Positions 12,801 to 25,830 of a stretch of 64,000 nucleotides of DNA are shown here, in pieces. The stretch is from Pecten maximus. Lineage: Eukaryota. The notes beneath the pieces were generated by a model that saw only the letters and a program-made list of their open reading frames with translations, did not search any database and was not told the DNA's origin. Both the position numbers and the translations under genes were made by a program. The stretch's first letter is position 1. Every line of letters begins with the position of its first letter. Location: the NCBI RefSeq assembly GCF_902652985.1, contig NC_047023.1, positions 40,176,001 to 40,240,000 of the forward strand, given 5' to 3'.

Positions 12801-14981
12801 CGTTACAAGTTAGACCCGTACATGTTGTAGCTCAAAGTATAACGTCACAAGTTAGACCCGTACATGTTATAGCTCAAAGTATAAAGTCACAAATTAGACC
12901 TGTACATGTTATAACTCAAAGTATAACGTCACAAGTTAGACCCGTACATGTTATAGCTCAAAGTATAAAGTCACAAGTTAGACCTGTACATGTTGTAGCT
13001 CAAAGTATAACGTCACAAGTTAGACCCGTACATGTTATAGCTCAAAGTATAAAGTCACAAGTTAGACCTGTACATGTTATAGATCAAAGTATAACGTCAC
13101 AAGTTAGACCCGTACATGTTATAGCTCAAAGTATAACGTCACAAGTTAGACCCGTACATGTTAGCTCAAAGTATAACGTCACAAGTTAGACCTGTACATG
13201 TTAAAGCTCAATGTATAACGTCACAAGTTAGACCCGTACATGTTATAGCTCAAAGTATAAAGTCACAAGTTAGACCTGTACATGTTATAGCTCAAAGTAT
13301 AACGTCACAAGTTAGACCCGTACATGTTATAGCTCAAAGTATAAAGTCACAAGTTAGACCTGTACATGTTATAGCTCAAAGTATAACGTCACAAGTTAGA
13401 CCCGTACATGTTATAGCTCAAAGTATAACGTCACAAGTTAGACCCGTACATGTTATAGCTCAAAGTATAACGTCACAAGTTAGACCTGTACATGTTATAG
13501 CTCAAAGTATAACGTCACAAGTTAGACCCGTACATGTTATAGCTCAAAGTATCACGTCACAAGTTAGAGCTGAACATGTTATAGATCAAAGTATAACGTC
13601 ACACGTTAGACCCGTACATGTTATAGCTCAATGTATAACGTCACAAGTTAGACCTGTACATGTTATAGCTCAAAGTATAACGTCACAAGTTAGACCCGTA
13701 CATGTTATAGTGTTATAGCTCAAAGTATAACGTCACAAGTTAGGCCCGTACATGTTATAGCTCAAAGTATAACGTCACACATTAGACCCGTACATGTTAT
13801 AGCTCAAAGTATAAAGTCACAAATTAGACCCGTACATGTTATAACTCAAAGTATAACGTCACAAGTTAGACCCGTACATGTTATAGCTCAAAGTATAACG
13901 TCACAAGTTAGACCCGTACATGTTATAGCTCAAAGTATAACGTCACAAGTTAGACATGTACGTGTTATAGCTCAAAGTATAACGTCACAAGTTAGACCCG
14001 TACATGTCATAGTTCAAAGTATAACGTCACACATTAGACCCGTACATGTTATAGCTCAAAGTATAACGTCACAAGTTAGACCCGTACATGTTATAGCTCA
14101 AAGTATAACGTCACAAGTTAGACCTGTACATGTTATAGCTCAAAGTATAACGTCACAAGTTAGACCCGTACATGTTATAGCTCAAAGTATAACGTCACAA
14201 GTTAGACCCGTACATGTTATAGCTCAAAGTATAACGTCACAAGTTAGACCCGTACATGTTATAGTGTTATAGCTCAAAGTATAACGTCACAAGTTAGACC
14301 CGTACATGTTATAGCTCAAAGTATAACGTCACACATTAGACCCGTACATGTTATAGCTCAAAGTATAACGTCACACATTAGGCCCGTACATGTTATAGCT
14401 CAATATATAACGTCACAAGTTAGACCCGTACATATCATAGTTCAAAGTATAACGTCACACATTAGACCCGTACATGTTAGCTCAAAGTATAACGTCACAA
14501 GTTAGACCCGTACATGTTATAGATCGAAGTATAACGTCACAAGTTAGACCTGTACATGTTATAGATCGAAGTATAACGTCACAAGTTAGACCCGTACATG
14601 TTATAGCTCAAAGTATAACGTCACAAGTTAGACCCGTACATGTTATAGCTCAAAGTATAACGTCACAAGTTAGACCTGTACATGTTATAGATCGAAGTAT
14701 AACGTCACAAGTTAGACCCGTACATGTTATAGCTCAAAGTATAACGTCACACATTAGACCCGTACATGTTATAGCTCAAAGTATAACGTCACAAGTTAGA
14801 CCTGTACATGTTATAGCTCAAAGTATAACGTCACAAGTTAGACCCGTACATGTTATAGCTCAAAGTATAACGTCACAAGTTAGACCTGTACATGTTATAG
14901 CTCAAAGTATAACGTCACAAGTTAGACCCGTACATGTTATAGCTCAAAGTATAACGTCACAAGTTAGACCCGTACATGTTA
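9811..14981. repeat. 42-bp minisatellite, ~123 copies (GTATAACGTCACAAGTTAGACCCGTACATGTTATAGCTCAAA)
   Basis: Head-to-tail array without spacers; produces the SITSQVRPVHVIAQ pseudo-ORFs. Confidence 0.98.
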
Positions 14982-15660
14982 GGCCAACGCAAATCGTGTT
15001 AGTCTTGTCATGGAATCAATAGCGCTGCGTATAGAATGATGTTTCAAACGGTTTTTTATAGAAATTATATCGTTTTAAACTGATTATGAAACATGAAGTA
15101 TTACATTATTTTCATCGGTTGATGTCCTTCATCATTTTTTTTTTAATCAAATTAAGTACATTGTATACATTCTGAAATGCTATCGTAATTATTTATGATT
15201 AAAGATAATTGTAAACTAGCAGACATTGAGAAAGTACATTTGTGATCTTTTTAATGTAAAATTTGTCTGATGTTAATTCCAAAGGGATCAACTTTTCTTT
15301 CATAGTTTATAGACAAATACCATTCTATTCAGATTTCAAAGAGTTACAATGCGTTGTAATTTTTTAAATGACAATTTTTCTAAACTACATGTACATGTAG
15401 CCATCAAAGATCAACCATTTCGTTTCGCCTCAAATTTCAAATTTCAAATTTGTAAGCTGTATACAAGCAGAGACATATATACAGATATGTCTCTGATATA
15501 AGAGGCTAGATTACGTATGTCCGAAATAAAACTACACACAATACAGTGTGTCATGTCCATTGAATTTTATTACAATTTTGTTTAATATGGTTCAAACACA
15601 TTTTTCCTCATTGGTCATTGATCACAGGTTTTACTGATCATCTGAGATGTATAAAATCCT

Positions 15661-15870
15661 CGATCTCTGTAACAAACACAGCCTATCATACGAGATGTGG
15701 CATACATATGAAATCACCGACTTCTGTAACAAACATAGTCTATCATAAAATATGTGGCATACATATGAAATCATCGTCTTCTGTAACACAAAGCCTTTAA
15801 CCATCGACTTATGTAATACAAAGCCTATCTTGGTAGTTGTGGCAGACATAAGCAGCCATCGACTTCTAGT
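15661..15870. repeat. Degenerate 57-bp tandem repeat, ~3-4 copies
   Basis: CGACTTCTGTAACAAACA...TGTGGCATACATATGAAATC starts at 15661, 15718 and 15775. Confidence 0.75.
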
Positions 15871-16456
15871 TCACTACGTTTATCTTTGTAGATGTGGCAG
15901 CTACATGCACGTTTTTTCTTTTGGCTTTTAGTAGTTTTTTCTCTTGATTAATTTATCATGATCGTACCTCAATTTATAATCGGTGTTTAAAGCTTAAAAG
16001 GCATCAAATTACCCATTCAGCAACATGTTGACAAGATATGACACGAATGTTTGTGTCCATTGTATATACCACGTCAAAGTTTATAAATCATCAGTTCTCC
16101 CAACTTTATCTTGGTCTCCGGGGCGCTTCAAATGTTACATAGGTCATTGAATAACGAAACACATGTTCGGTACCCCTCGGGACACAATCTACAAATTCTA
16201 TCATGTTTATCGGGACTATAGAGTATTTGTGGTTATTGGTCCGGAACTCCCACAATCCTGATAAAGAGATATATATGTTTCCTTTAAAGTGTTTAGTCAA
16301 AGCATCAATGCAAGTTGTTACTATACTTCAGTCAGAGTGACCAGGTGATTGCCAGAGTCCGGAAACTCAATATATTATAATATGTACTTATAGCAAAACG
16401 ATTCCTCCTTTCAAATAGTTTGATTATGTATGTGTTTCAATCATTTTTTAATATCT

Positions 16457-16583
16457 GGTCGGATGACGCAGTTCCTCGCACACTCGTCTTTCACCAAGGC
16501 AACCGGTGTTCGATTTTCTGAATGGACATAACAAAAAGGACACGGAGTCAACATAGAGGATTACGCGGGTTTTCTCCGGCACT
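16457..16583 (+). mobile_element. Decayed tRNA-derived SINE (V-SINE-like), 3' truncated
   Basis: A-box-like GATGACGCAGT, B-box-like GTTCGATT, then GCGGGTTTTCTCCGGCACT resembling the V-SINE core GTGGGTTTTCTCCGGGTACT. Confidence 0.55.
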
Positions 16584-16702
16584 GATGCAGACTATGGCGA
16601 AGTGGCACGGCCGTCACTGTATGTCCTCACTTGTTTATTATATATAACTATTTTGTTTATTTTATTTTGTTTTTGAGATATGAGGTTGGCCATTCTCGAT
16701 GC

Positions 16703-17003
16703 TCCTTACCTTGCCTGGTATTTCTGATGTCAGTACCCTTAGCTTGCCTGGTATTTCTGATGTCAGTACCCTAAGGTTGCCTGGTATTTCTGATGTCAGT
16801 ACCCTTAGCTTGCCTGGTATTTCTGATGTCAGTACCCTTACCTTGCCTGGTATTTCTGATGTCAGTACCCTTACCTTGCCTGGTATTTCTGATGTCAGTA
16901 CCCTAAGCTTGCCTGGTATTTCTGATGTCAGTACCCTTAGCTTGCCTGGTATTTCTGATGTCAGTACCCTTACCTTGCCTGGTATTTCTGATGTCAGTAC
17001 CCT
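16703..17003. repeat. 33-bp minisatellite, ~9 near-identical copies (CCCTTAGCTTGCCTGGTATTTCTGATGTCAGTA)
   Basis: Direct tandem array; open on both strands only because the unit is 11 codons. Confidence 0.97.
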
Positions 17004-20000
17004 TTTTCTCCATATTGAGAACGTCACGTCATTTGGATTAGACTTAGATTAGTAGAAACCATTGTCCCCATTACAATCTTAGGTAAATATTGGGTGCTTG
17101 CACGCGTCTTCAGAACCTTTGACATACTTGGTTGTCCTTTGACCTTTTTATGTTGATGGTATCGCATCCATGAAACACTCTATTGGAATGTTTTTTTATT
17201 TGCATAATTAAAATAAAGAAATCGCTTTTGGTGCTGTTGGCATGCTGATTTGTTAATATTGATAAGTAAAATTCTAGCAGAAATCAATGTCTTGCAAATC
17301 TACATTAACATGAGTTCAGCTCTGACTACAGTACAAAGATCACGTGGTTCTTATGCTGTGTATATAGTGGATCTACGTTAATTTACTGGCAATACAATCA
17401 TATATCAGATATCGTTAGTGTACAAATAAAGTATGAAGGGTTTACAATCATTCCCTCTAAAAGCATAATTTAAAGAAATATAACGTGGAAACTCTAAATA
17501 ATACCGTGAGGAACTCGATTTTAAGCAGTGCTGTTCCGAGAGTTGGAGCGGAATGGGTTGATATTGCGATAACCAATTATAAATTTTAGACATTTTTTAT
17601 ATTTTGTCTTGAAATGAACGTTCGAGTTGCCCTGGTGAGCGAGGAATTACATGTGGAGTACTTTTAAATCCTAAATCCATTTTGAATACTGCCTTTATAT
17701 GCCAACACAACATGCGACATTGACACCGGAAATTCACAGGCATGTGTGGCAGTGGAACTCTCTAGTGTTTTCACCAATCGATTTGTACAGGATAGCTGTG
17801 TTAATTACAGGGTCTGACTGTATGGTTATGTAAGTCCGTGAAGACACGACAGAGACACAGACTTAATTACCAAAGTTACACGTCTGTACCTGGTCGTGTT
17901 ATAAAAACTTACGGTTTTAATTACTTTTATAGTTGCTATACTTGCCAATGGCGGTTTTTGGTATGAGTGGGCATTCGAAGGAATTATTTAATGCAACATT
18001 GATGTATTTTCTTATACAGTGTATTATCATTTGAGAGAAAATAATAAAGTAGATTTGATAAAATGACTTTCTGTCGTTTTGAATAATTTCATATTGTTGA
18101 TGTTAAACTATTGTTTTTAGAGTGATTGATTTTTGTAAATATCGATATCTGTGTCTGGTACCCTTCTTTATAATCATGATTTTTATTGTATATTGGGTAA
18201 GCTTAAAAAGAGTGAAAATACGTTCTGGGACAACACAATATTGATAATTTTGCTTTTAAGATTGTGATTGTTAACTACATATCGTCCTTACCAATGCAAA
18301 CAAGAACAAATTCTATGGCTAATTGGTACGGATCATATCATTAAAGATATTTTGTGTGATTATTAGGTAAAGGAAAGGTAAATTATATTACATATGTGCA
18401 AGCAGGAAATGCGTTGACAAACAAACAAATATGTTCATCAAATGAAGTGTTTTGATTTTAAAAGCCGTATTTCAGTCATACTTCATATACTAAAGCACTT
18501 TTCCGCAGGTGCTGCAAATTAAAATCCTTGGCGCCGAAACGTACGATAAAGGTACAATGTGCAGCACATCTCAATTTACAGCAACGAGATTGAGGCAATT
18601 TGTTTTAATTTAAAACCACTGGATCTTCATACAAACACCGAAATAGAGAGCTCCTCTACAAATTAATTTGATATTGAATAGGAACTTAACGATATGAGAG
18701 GAGCGAGAGGCCACGTGGTTTAGGAGTGTTTCGGGGTACTCAATATTTGGCACAAATGTGTTCGTCATCATTGTCGCTAATAGGATTTTAAATCAGATGA
18801 TATCATCCATAATCTAGATATAACGCTCCGTGTAAATCATAAACTTCTTATAGCTTCCATATTGATATTAGTAATAGAAATCTTAGATTAGGCGATATTA
18901 CATGTATATATCATCGAAGAAGTTATAAATTTTACCTTGTTTTTTATGACTAGATAAGACAATAGTGCACAGCCCTGTTGGGTCCAGTTCACAAGCATGT
19001 CAACTACATCTCCCGAACAGGTGGTCATCTGTGCACTAGCTTTTCAAATACTTTGATAATTTCTCCCAGGATACCATTGGTCCCCTTTACACTCTGGGAT
19101 GATTTCTCCTATAAATGTTCTGTGCGTTCCCTTTATCGGGTTCGAACCAGATGTTCATGTACCAGGAGGAACCGCTGTACTCGTTAATGAAAAGCGCCGT
19201 ACCAACAGACCTGAACCGGTTCGCGTGCTTCGTTTTCTGAATTGTACTGCTTGGTTTCAAATTGGCGGAACTGTACATGTGCTACTTCATTCGTTTCGCA
19301 TATTAACATGTGACCACGATTATGACATTAATCAAATTACACATATAAATAATCAAATATAACTTAAAACTATTCAGGCATTAATTGTTCATGCGTTACG
19401 CGATTTAAAAAGCAAAATGATCTACGATTATGCTGAAATCGTATATTTTGTAGTGACGACCGCCATCATGGAAACTCACTTGATATTCGATATCGTCTAA
19501 TCATATGTATGTTCACTAGTCAAATGTTACATAGTTCGTATTCGACAATGACGACTCGGCACTGAGCACCGTCATTGCTATTTTCGCTGACTGCCGACTT
19601 TGTATGTAAAACGCGATTTCACTGGATGTACTGGAAAGCCAGGGATTGGCAGTTCCGACAAGGGTGAATACGATTTTAAGTCAGCCCTGGCTTACGAAGA
19701 TACATTATATAGCGATGTAACTAGTCGGTCTAAGTACCGACTGGTTGATAAGCACACTGGTTACATGTACTTTATCGTAAGCTTCACGGACTAATGTCTT
19801 TCTGCACATGTGTTCCAAGCTACATGTGATTTTACTCTGACCTACCACTGAAAATAAACATTCCACGATATTTAATGAAATTAACAAATCCTCAAGTACA
19901 GGTACTTTTATGCTTGGGGCGTTTACACGATTATTAAAACATCAATTTTCATTATTAAAAAAGAGCAACACTTATACCGCGTTATACCAGGGGAGTTAAA

Positions 20001-20620
20001 TGTTAATTGATTTTTGTGTGCGTTGAAAGCCTTTGTAAGGGCTGTGATGACTCGGGTCTCCCCTGTGGTAACCTTTGAGGCTCATAGCATGTCGTCCAGA
20101 CGGATCGTCTTAAAGAGCTTATGATGCAAGAATAAAACCACTACAGCACAAAGGTATCAGATGATACATGTATGTGATCACAGCTTTCTAAGAAACACAC
20201 GAAACACAAACCACCCCTACTAATGATCGAACCACACACCACAGATCTACGTCCAATGTCGTGTTAGTGACCCCTAGATGATCCGAGAAAAGGACCGGTA
20301 GGTTAGGGAATACTGTAAAACTGGCATGTTAAACTAATACCAACATATTTCAATACAATTTGAGTCCTCCACTGGCATACATTTTTTTTTCTAATTGATA
20401 CGACCTGAGAATGACTGCTGGTTTTTACTGACATTTAAAATCGACCTAGTGTACCTTTGGTCTGGACAGACTGATTTATTGCTCTGTTTTACAGATCCAT
20501 TAATACTTATCATGAACTCTGGTAGAATAAAACAACAAAGCGTGATTAGATTGGTATTAAGCTGGAATTAGGGAACAAAACACTACTGCCGCCTGCTAGA
20601 TAACAACACTTTAAGGCCCT

Positions 20621-23600
20621 AAATTCATTGTAGACTCCACTGTATCTGACATCCAACTCATTGTAGACTCCACTGTATCTGACATCCAATTCATTGTAGA
20701 CTCCTCTGTATCTGACATCCAATTCATTGTAGACTCCACTGTATCTGACATCCAACTCATTGTAGACTCCACTGTATCTGACATCTAATCCATTGTAGGC
20801 TCCACTGTATCTGACATCCAATTCATTGTAGACTCCACTGTATCTGACATCTAATTCATTGTAGACTCCTCTGTATCTGACATCCAATTCATTGTAGGCT
20901 CCACTGTATCTGACATCTAATTCATTGTAGACTCCACAGTATTTGACATCTAATTCATTGTAGACTCCACTGTATCTGACATCCAATTCATTGTAGACTC
21001 CACTGTATCTGACATCCAACCATTGTAGGCTCCACTGTATCTGACATCTAATTCATTGTAGACTCCAATGTATCTGACATCCAACCATTGTAGGCTCCAC
21101 TGTATCTGACATCCAATTCATTGTAGACTCCACTGTATCTGACATCTAATTCATTGTAGACTCCAATGTATCTGACATCCAACCATTGTAGGCTCCACTG
21201 TATCTGACATCTAATTCATTGTAGACTCCACTGTATCTGACATCTAATTTATTGTAGGCTCCACTGTATCTGACATCTAATTCATTGTAGGCTCCACTGT
21301 ATCTGACATCAAATTCATTGTAGGCTCCACTGTATCTAACCCAATTCATTGTAGACTCCACAGTATCTGACATCCAACCATTGTAGACTCCACTGTATCT
21401 GACATCCAATTCATTGTAGGCTCCACTGTATCTGACATCTAATTAATTGTAGGCTCCTATGTATCTGACATCCAACCATTGTAGGTTCCACTGTATCTGA
21501 CATCCAACCATTGTAGGCTCCACTGTATCTGACATCTAATTCATTTTAGACTCCACTGTATCTGACATCCAATTCATTGTAGGCTCCACTGTATCTGACA
21601 TCTAATTCATTGTAGACTCCACTGTATCTGACATCCAATCCATTGTAGGCTCCACTGTATCTGACATCTAATTCATTGTAGACTCCACTGTATCTGACAT
21701 CTAATTCATTGTAGACTCCACTGTATCTGACATCTAATTCATTGTAGACTCCACTGTATCTAACATCTAATTCATTGTAGACTCCACTGTATCTGACATC
21801 CAACCATTGTAGACTCCTCTGTTTCTGACATCTAATTCATTGTAGGCTCCACTGTATCTAACATCTAATTCATTGTAGGCTCCACTGTATCTGACATCTA
21901 ATTCATTGTAGGCTCCACTGTATCTGACATCTAATTCATTGTAGGCTCCACTGTATCTGACATCTAATCCATTGTAGGCTCCACTGTATCTGACATCTAA
22001 TTCATTGTAGGCTCCACTGTATCTGACATCTAATTCATTGTAGACTCCAATGTATCTAACATCTAATTCATTGTAGACTCCACTGTATCTGATATCTAAT
22101 TCATTGTAGACTCCACTGTATCTGACATCCAATTCATTGTAGACTCCACTATATCTGATATCCAATTCATTGTAGACTCCATTGTATTGACATCTAATTC
22201 ATTGTAGACTCCACTGTATCTGACATCCAATTCATTGTAGACTCCACTGTATCTGACATCCAATTCATTGTAGACTCCACTGTATCTGACATCCAATTCA
22301 TTGTAGGTTCCACTGTATCTGACATCTAATTCATTGTAGGCTCCACTGTATCTGACATCTAATTCATTGTAGGCTCCACTGTATCTGACATCTCATTTAT
22401 TGTAGGCTCCACTGTATCTGACATCCAATTCATTGTAGACTCCACTGTATCTGACATCCAACCATTGTAGACTCCACTGTATCTGACATCTAATTCATTG
22501 TAGACTCCACTGTATCTGACATCCAATTCATTGTAGACTCCACTGTATCTGACATCTAATTCATTGTAGACTCCATTGTATTGACATCTAATTCATTGTA
22601 GGCTCCACTGTATCTGACATCCAATTCATTGTAGACTCCACTGTATCTTACTTCTAATTCATTGTAGACTTCACTGTATCTGACATCCAATTCATTGTAG
22701 ACTCCACTGTATCTTACTTCTAATTCATTGTAGGCTCCACTGTATCTGACATCCAATTCATTGTAGACTCCACTGTATCTGACATCTAATTCATTTTAGA
22801 CTCCACTGTATCTGACATCTAATTCATTGTAGATTCCACTGTATCTGACATCCAACCATTGTAGACTCCACTGTATCTGACATCTAATTCATTGTAGGCT
22901 CCACTGTATCTGACATACAATTCATTGTAGGCTCCATTGTATCTGACATCCAACCATTGTAGACTCCACAGTATCTGACATCTAATTCATTGTAGACTCC
23001 ACTGTATCTGACATCTAATCCATTGTAGGCTCCACTGTATCTGACATCCAATTACTGTAGGCTCCACTGTATCTGACATCTAATTTATTGTAGGCTCCAT
23101 TGTATCTGACATCCAACCATTGTAGACTCCACTGTATCTGACATACAATTCATTGTAGACTCCACTGTATCTGACATCCAACCATTGTAGACTCCACAGT
23201 ATCTGACATCCAATTACTGTAGGCTCCACTGTATCTGACATCCAATTACTGTAGGCTCCACTGTATCTGACATACAATTCATTGTAGACTCCATTGTATC
23301 TGACATCCAACCATTGTAGACTCCACAGTATCTGACATACAATTCATTGTAGACTCCACTGTATCTGACATCCAACCATTGTAGACTCCACAGTATCTGA
23401 CATCTAATTCATTGTAGACTCCACTGTATCTGACATCTAATTCATTGTAGGCTCCACTGTATCTGACATCTAATTCATTGTCGGCTCCACTGTATCTGAC
23501 ATCTAATTCATTGTAGGCTCCACTGTATCTGACATCCAATTACTGTAGGCTCCACTGTATCTGACATCTAATTCATTGTAGACTCCACTGTATCTGACAT

Positions 23601-25830
23601 CTAATTCATTGTAGACTCCACTGTATCTGACATCCAATTCATTGTAGACTCCACTATATCTGACATCCAATTCATTGTAGGCTCCATTGTATCTGACATC
23701 TAATTCATTGTAGACTCCACTGTATCTGATATCTAATTGATTGTAGACTCCACAGTATCTGACATCTAATTCATTGTAGGCTCCACTGTATCTGATATCT
23801 AATCCATTGTAGGCTCCACTGTATCTGACATCTAATCCATTGTAGGCTCCACTGTATCTGACATCTAATTCATTGTAGACTCCACTGTATCTGATATCTA
23901 ATTCATTGTAGGCTCCACTGTATCTGACATCTAATTCATTGTAGGCTCCACTGTATCTGACATCCAACCATTGTAGACTCCACTGTATCTGACATCCAAC
24001 CATTGTAGGCTCCACTGTATCTGACATCTAATTCATTGTAGACTCCAATGTATCTGACATCTAATTGATTGTAGACTCCACTGTATCTGACATCTAATTC
24101 ATTGTAGGCTCCACTGTATCTGACATCTAATTCATTGTAGACTCCACTGTATCTGATATCTAATTCATTGTAGGCTCCACTGTATCTGATATCCAATTCA
24201 TTGTAGGCTCCACTGTATCTGACATCTAATTGATTGTAGACTCCACTGTATCTGACATCTAATTCATTGTAGGCTCCACTGTATCTGATATCTAATCCAT
24301 TGTAGGCTCCACTGTATCTGACATCTAATCCATTGTAGGCTCCACTGTATCTGACATCCAATCCATTGTAGACTCCACTGTATCTAACATCTAATTCATT
24401 GTAGGCTCCACTGTATCTGATATCTAATTCATTGTAGGCTCCACTGTATCTGACATCTAATTCATTGTAGGCTCCACTGTATCTGACATCTAATTCATTG
24501 TAGGCTCCACTGTATCTTACTTCTAATTCATTGTAGACTCCACTGTATCTGACATCTAATTCATTGTAGACTCCACAGTATCTGACATCTAATTCATTGT
24601 AGACTCCACTGTATCTGACATCCAACCATTGTAGACTCCACTGTATCTGACATCTAATTCATTGTAGGCTCCATTGTATCTGACATCCAACCATTGTAGA
24701 CTCCACAGTATCTGACATCTTATTCATTGTAGACTCCACTGTATCTGACATCTAATTCATTGTAGGCTCCACAGTATCTGACATCCAATCCATTGTAGGC
24801 TCCACTGTATCTGACATCCAATTCATTGTAGGCTCCACTGTATCTGACATCTAATTCATTGTAGGCTCCACTGTATCTGACATCTAATCCATTGTAGACT
24901 CCACTGTATCTGATATCCAATTCATTGTAGACTCCACTGTATCTGATATCCAATTCATTGTAGGCTCCACTGTATCTGATATCCAATCCATTGTAGACTC
25001 CACTGTATCTGACATCCAATTCATTGTAGGCTCCACTGTATCTGATATTTAATTCATTGTAGGCTCCACTGTATCTGACATCTAATTCATTGTAGACTCC
25101 ACTGTATCTGACATCCAATTCATTGTAGACTCCACTGTATCTGACTTCCAACCATTGTAGACTCCACTGTATCTGACATCTAATTCATTGTAGACTCCAC
25201 TGTATCTGACATCCAACCATTGTAGACACCACAGTAACTGACATCTAATTCATTGTAGACTCCACTGTATCTGACTTCCAACCATTGTAGACTCCACTGT
25301 ATCTGACATCCAATTCATTGTAGACTCCACTGTATCTGACATCCAACCATTGTAGACACCACAGTAACTGACATCTAATTCATTGTAGACTCCACTGTAT
25401 CTGACTTCCAACCATTGTAGACTCCACTGTATCTGACATCCAATTCATTGTAGACTCCACTGTATCTGACATCCAACCATTGTAGACTCCACCGTATCTG
25501 ACATCTAATTCATTGTAGACTCCACTGTATCTGACATCCAATTCATTGTAGACTCCACTGTATCTGACATCTAATTCATTGTAGACTCCACTGTATCTGA
25601 CTTCCAACCATTGTAGACTCCACCGTATCTGACATCCAATTCATTGTAGACTCCACCGTATCTGACATCTAATTCATTGTAGAAATCCACTGTATCTGAC
25701 ATCTAATTCATTGTAGACTCCACTGTATCTGACATCCAATTCATTGTAGGCTCCACTGTATCTGACATCCAATTCATTGTAGGCTCCACTGTATCTGACA
25801 TCCAATTCACTGTACAGTAGGTTCCACTGC
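20621..25830. repeat. 33-bp minisatellite with 32-bp variants, ~158 copies (AATTCATTGTAGACTCCACTGTATCTGACATCT)
   Basis: Head-to-tail array; produces the ELDVRYSGVYN pseudo-ORFs on the minus strand. Confidence 0.98.

Noticed and set aside
9816-15022. Long ORFs of SITSQVRPVHVIAQ repeats as a structural or shell protein
   Set aside because: The unit is 14 codons with one stop-free frame by chance. 1-, 2- and 8-bp indels repeatedly break the frame, and there is no signal peptide, splice context or unique domain.
16457-16530. tRNA gene
   Set aside because: A/B-box-like motifs are degenerate, I cannot fold a cloverleaf, and a SINE core follows.
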